Virus record (IMG/VR): IMGVR_UViG_2636415906_000005 | Source of the DNA: a virus | Taxonomy: Duplodnaviria; Heunggongvirae; Uroviricota; Caudoviricetes | Length of the DNA: 37,607 nt | Reading direction: 5' to 3' (one strand) | In this document: positions 36,324-37,607 of the stretch, piece after piece | Layout: every line of letters starts with the position of its first letter | Position numbering within the stretch: the stretch's first letter is position 1 | The notes under the pieces: generated by a model | The model's input: the letters and a program-made list of their open reading frames with translations, nothing else | What the model was told of the DNA's origin: nothing | Database searches by the model: none | Position numbers and translations under genes: made by a program

Positions 36324-37607
36324 ATGGATTTCCAGTTATATTCGCTCGGCGCAGCGTTAGTGTTTCATGAAATATTTTTTCCTGAATCATCAACGGCAAT
36401 GGCGTTAATTTTGGCAATGGGAACCTACGGTGCAGGTTATGTGGCGCGTATTGTCGGAGCATTTATTTTCGGCAAAATGGGCGACAGAATAGGGCGTAAA
36501 AAAGTGCTCTTTATTACCATCACCATGATGGGGATCTGTACCACCTTAATTGGTGTGTTACCGACCTATGCACAGATTGGTGTTTTTGCCCCCATCTTGC
36601 TGGTGACGCTGCGTATTATTCAGGGGTTGGGTGCAGGTGCGGAAATTTCCGGTGCCGGTACGATGCTGGCGGAATATGCACCAAAAGGTAAGCGCGGAAT
36701 TATCTCCTCATTTGTAGCTATGGGAACTAACTGCGGAACCTTGAGCGCAACGGCAATCTGGGCCTTTATGTTCTTCATTCTCAGTAAAGAGGAACTGCTG
36801 GCGTGGGGATGGCGTATACCGTTCCTGGCGAGCGTTGTCGTGATGGTCTTTGCTATCTGGTTACGTATGAATCTGAAAGAAAGCCCGGTCTTTGAGAAGG
36901 TTAATGACAGCAACCAACCCACAGCAAAACCTGCACCTGCTGGTAGCATGTTCCAGAGCAAATCCTTCTGGCTGGCAACAGGGCTGCGTTTTGGTCAGGC
37001 GGGTAACTCCGGGTTAATTCAGACTTTCCTTGCAGGCTATTTAGTGCAGACGTTATTGTTTAACAAAGCAATTCCAACAGATGCATTGATGATTAGTTCG
37101 ATTCTCGGCTTTATGACCATTCCGTTCCTTGGTTGGTTATCCGATAAAATTGGTCGCCGGATCCCGTATATTATTATGAATACCTCCGCGATTGTGCTGG
37201 CATGGCCAATGCTTTCTATCATTGTAGATAAAAGCTATGCCCCGAGCACCATTATGGTTGCACTGATTGTGATTCATAACTGTGCGGTGCTGGGATTATT
37301 TGCTCTGGAAAACATTACCATGGCAGAAATGTTCGGCTGTAAAAACCGCTTTACCCGGATGGCTATTTCTAAAGAAATTGGTGGTCTTATCGCTTCCGGT
37401 TTTGGTCCTATCCTGGCGGGTATTTTCTGCACCATGACGGAATCCTGGTATCCGATCGCCATTATGATCATGGCATATTCAGTAATTGGTTTAATCTCTG
37501 CGCTGAAAATGCCAGAGGTGAAAGACCGTGATTTAAGTGCGCTGGAAGACGCTGCGGAAGATCAACCGCGTGTTGTAAGAGCTGCGCAACCTTCCAGAAG
37601 TCTGTAA
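36324..37607 (+). CDS. ydfJ: MFS metabolite:H+ symporter YdfJ (host gene; 5' part disrupted by prophage insertion)
   Basis: 427-aa ORF with the MFS motif GKMGDRIGRKKV and multiple transmembrane segments, matching my recollection of E. coli YdfJ. Only about 50 aa precede the TM2-TM3 loop motif, implying loss of TM1. The ORF ends at the window end. Confidence 0.85.
   Translation: MDFQLYSLGAALVFHEIFFPESSTAMALILAMGTYGAGYVARIVGAFIFGKMGDRIGRKKVLFITITMMGICTTLIGVLPTYAQIGVFAPILLVTLRIIQGLGAGAEISGAGTMLAEYAPKGKRGIISSFVAMGTNCGTLSATAIWAFMFFILSKEELLAWGWRIPFLASVVVMVFAIWLRMNLKESPVFEKVNDSNQPTAKPAPAGSMFQSKSFWLATGLRFGQAGNSGLIQTFLAGYLVQTLLFNKAIPTDALMISSILGFMTIPFLGWLSDKIGRRIPYIIMNTSAIVLAWPMLSIIVDKSYAPSTIMVALIVIHNCAVLGLFALENITMAEMFGCKNRFTRMAISKEIGGLIASGFGPILAGIFCTMTESWYPIAIMIMAYSVIGLISALKMPEVKDRDLSALEDAAEDQPRVVRAAQPSRSL

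Noticed and set aside
35410-36360. Small ORFs (60-86 aa) on both strands in the AT-rich region after tfa
   Set aside because: They overlap degenerate tfa remnants or AT-rich spacer, lack ribosome-binding sites, and one is simply antisense to the tfa-remnant sequence.
1-37607. CRISPR arrays, IS elements/transposases, rRNA genes
   Set aside because: No regularly spaced direct repeats, no transposase-like ORFs with terminal inverted repeats, and no rRNA-like sequence were seen on reading.

Overview
This window is almost entirely one lambdoid prophage of the E. coli Qin/DicB type (about 36.3 kb), inserted into the host MFS transporter gene ydfJ, whose 3' portion occupies the right end (36324-37607). 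All identifications are from reading the six-frame translations and the DNA against remembered protein families; no database search or computation was run, so coordinates of non-CDS features are hand-counted. Left to right: integrase and excisionase-like gene (minus strand), a RecE-like exonuclease, the ydfD-dicB-dicF-ydfA early-left operon, the dicA/dicC immunity switch, early-right genes (YdaT-like, replication protein), a visibly AT-rich cargo island, an orphan hokD type I toxin, DUF968, rusA and a Q-like antiterminator, two tRNA genes (Ile2-CAU and Arg-UCU), two tandem lipoproteins resembling TolA domain III, a phage-21-type lysis cassette (pinholin, SAR endolysin, Rz/Rz1) interrupted by two unknown genes, a second AT-rich cargo gene on the minus strand, a cos-like site, terminase small and large subunits, W-like protein and portal, then a chimeric ORF that fuses the head protease to a tail-assembly K-like C-terminus, followed by I, J, lom, stf and tfa. 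Capsid, tail tube and tape-measure genes are absent, so the element is a deletion-derived defective prophage. The best candidates for undescribed biology are the hairpin-bracketed AT-rich island at 8.6-10.5 kb (340-aa protein with possible split PIN-like motifs), the tandem TolA-III-like lipoproteins at 15.5-16.5 kb, the minus-strand 230-aa gene at 18.9-19.6 kb, and the convergent gene pair inside the lysis cassette.
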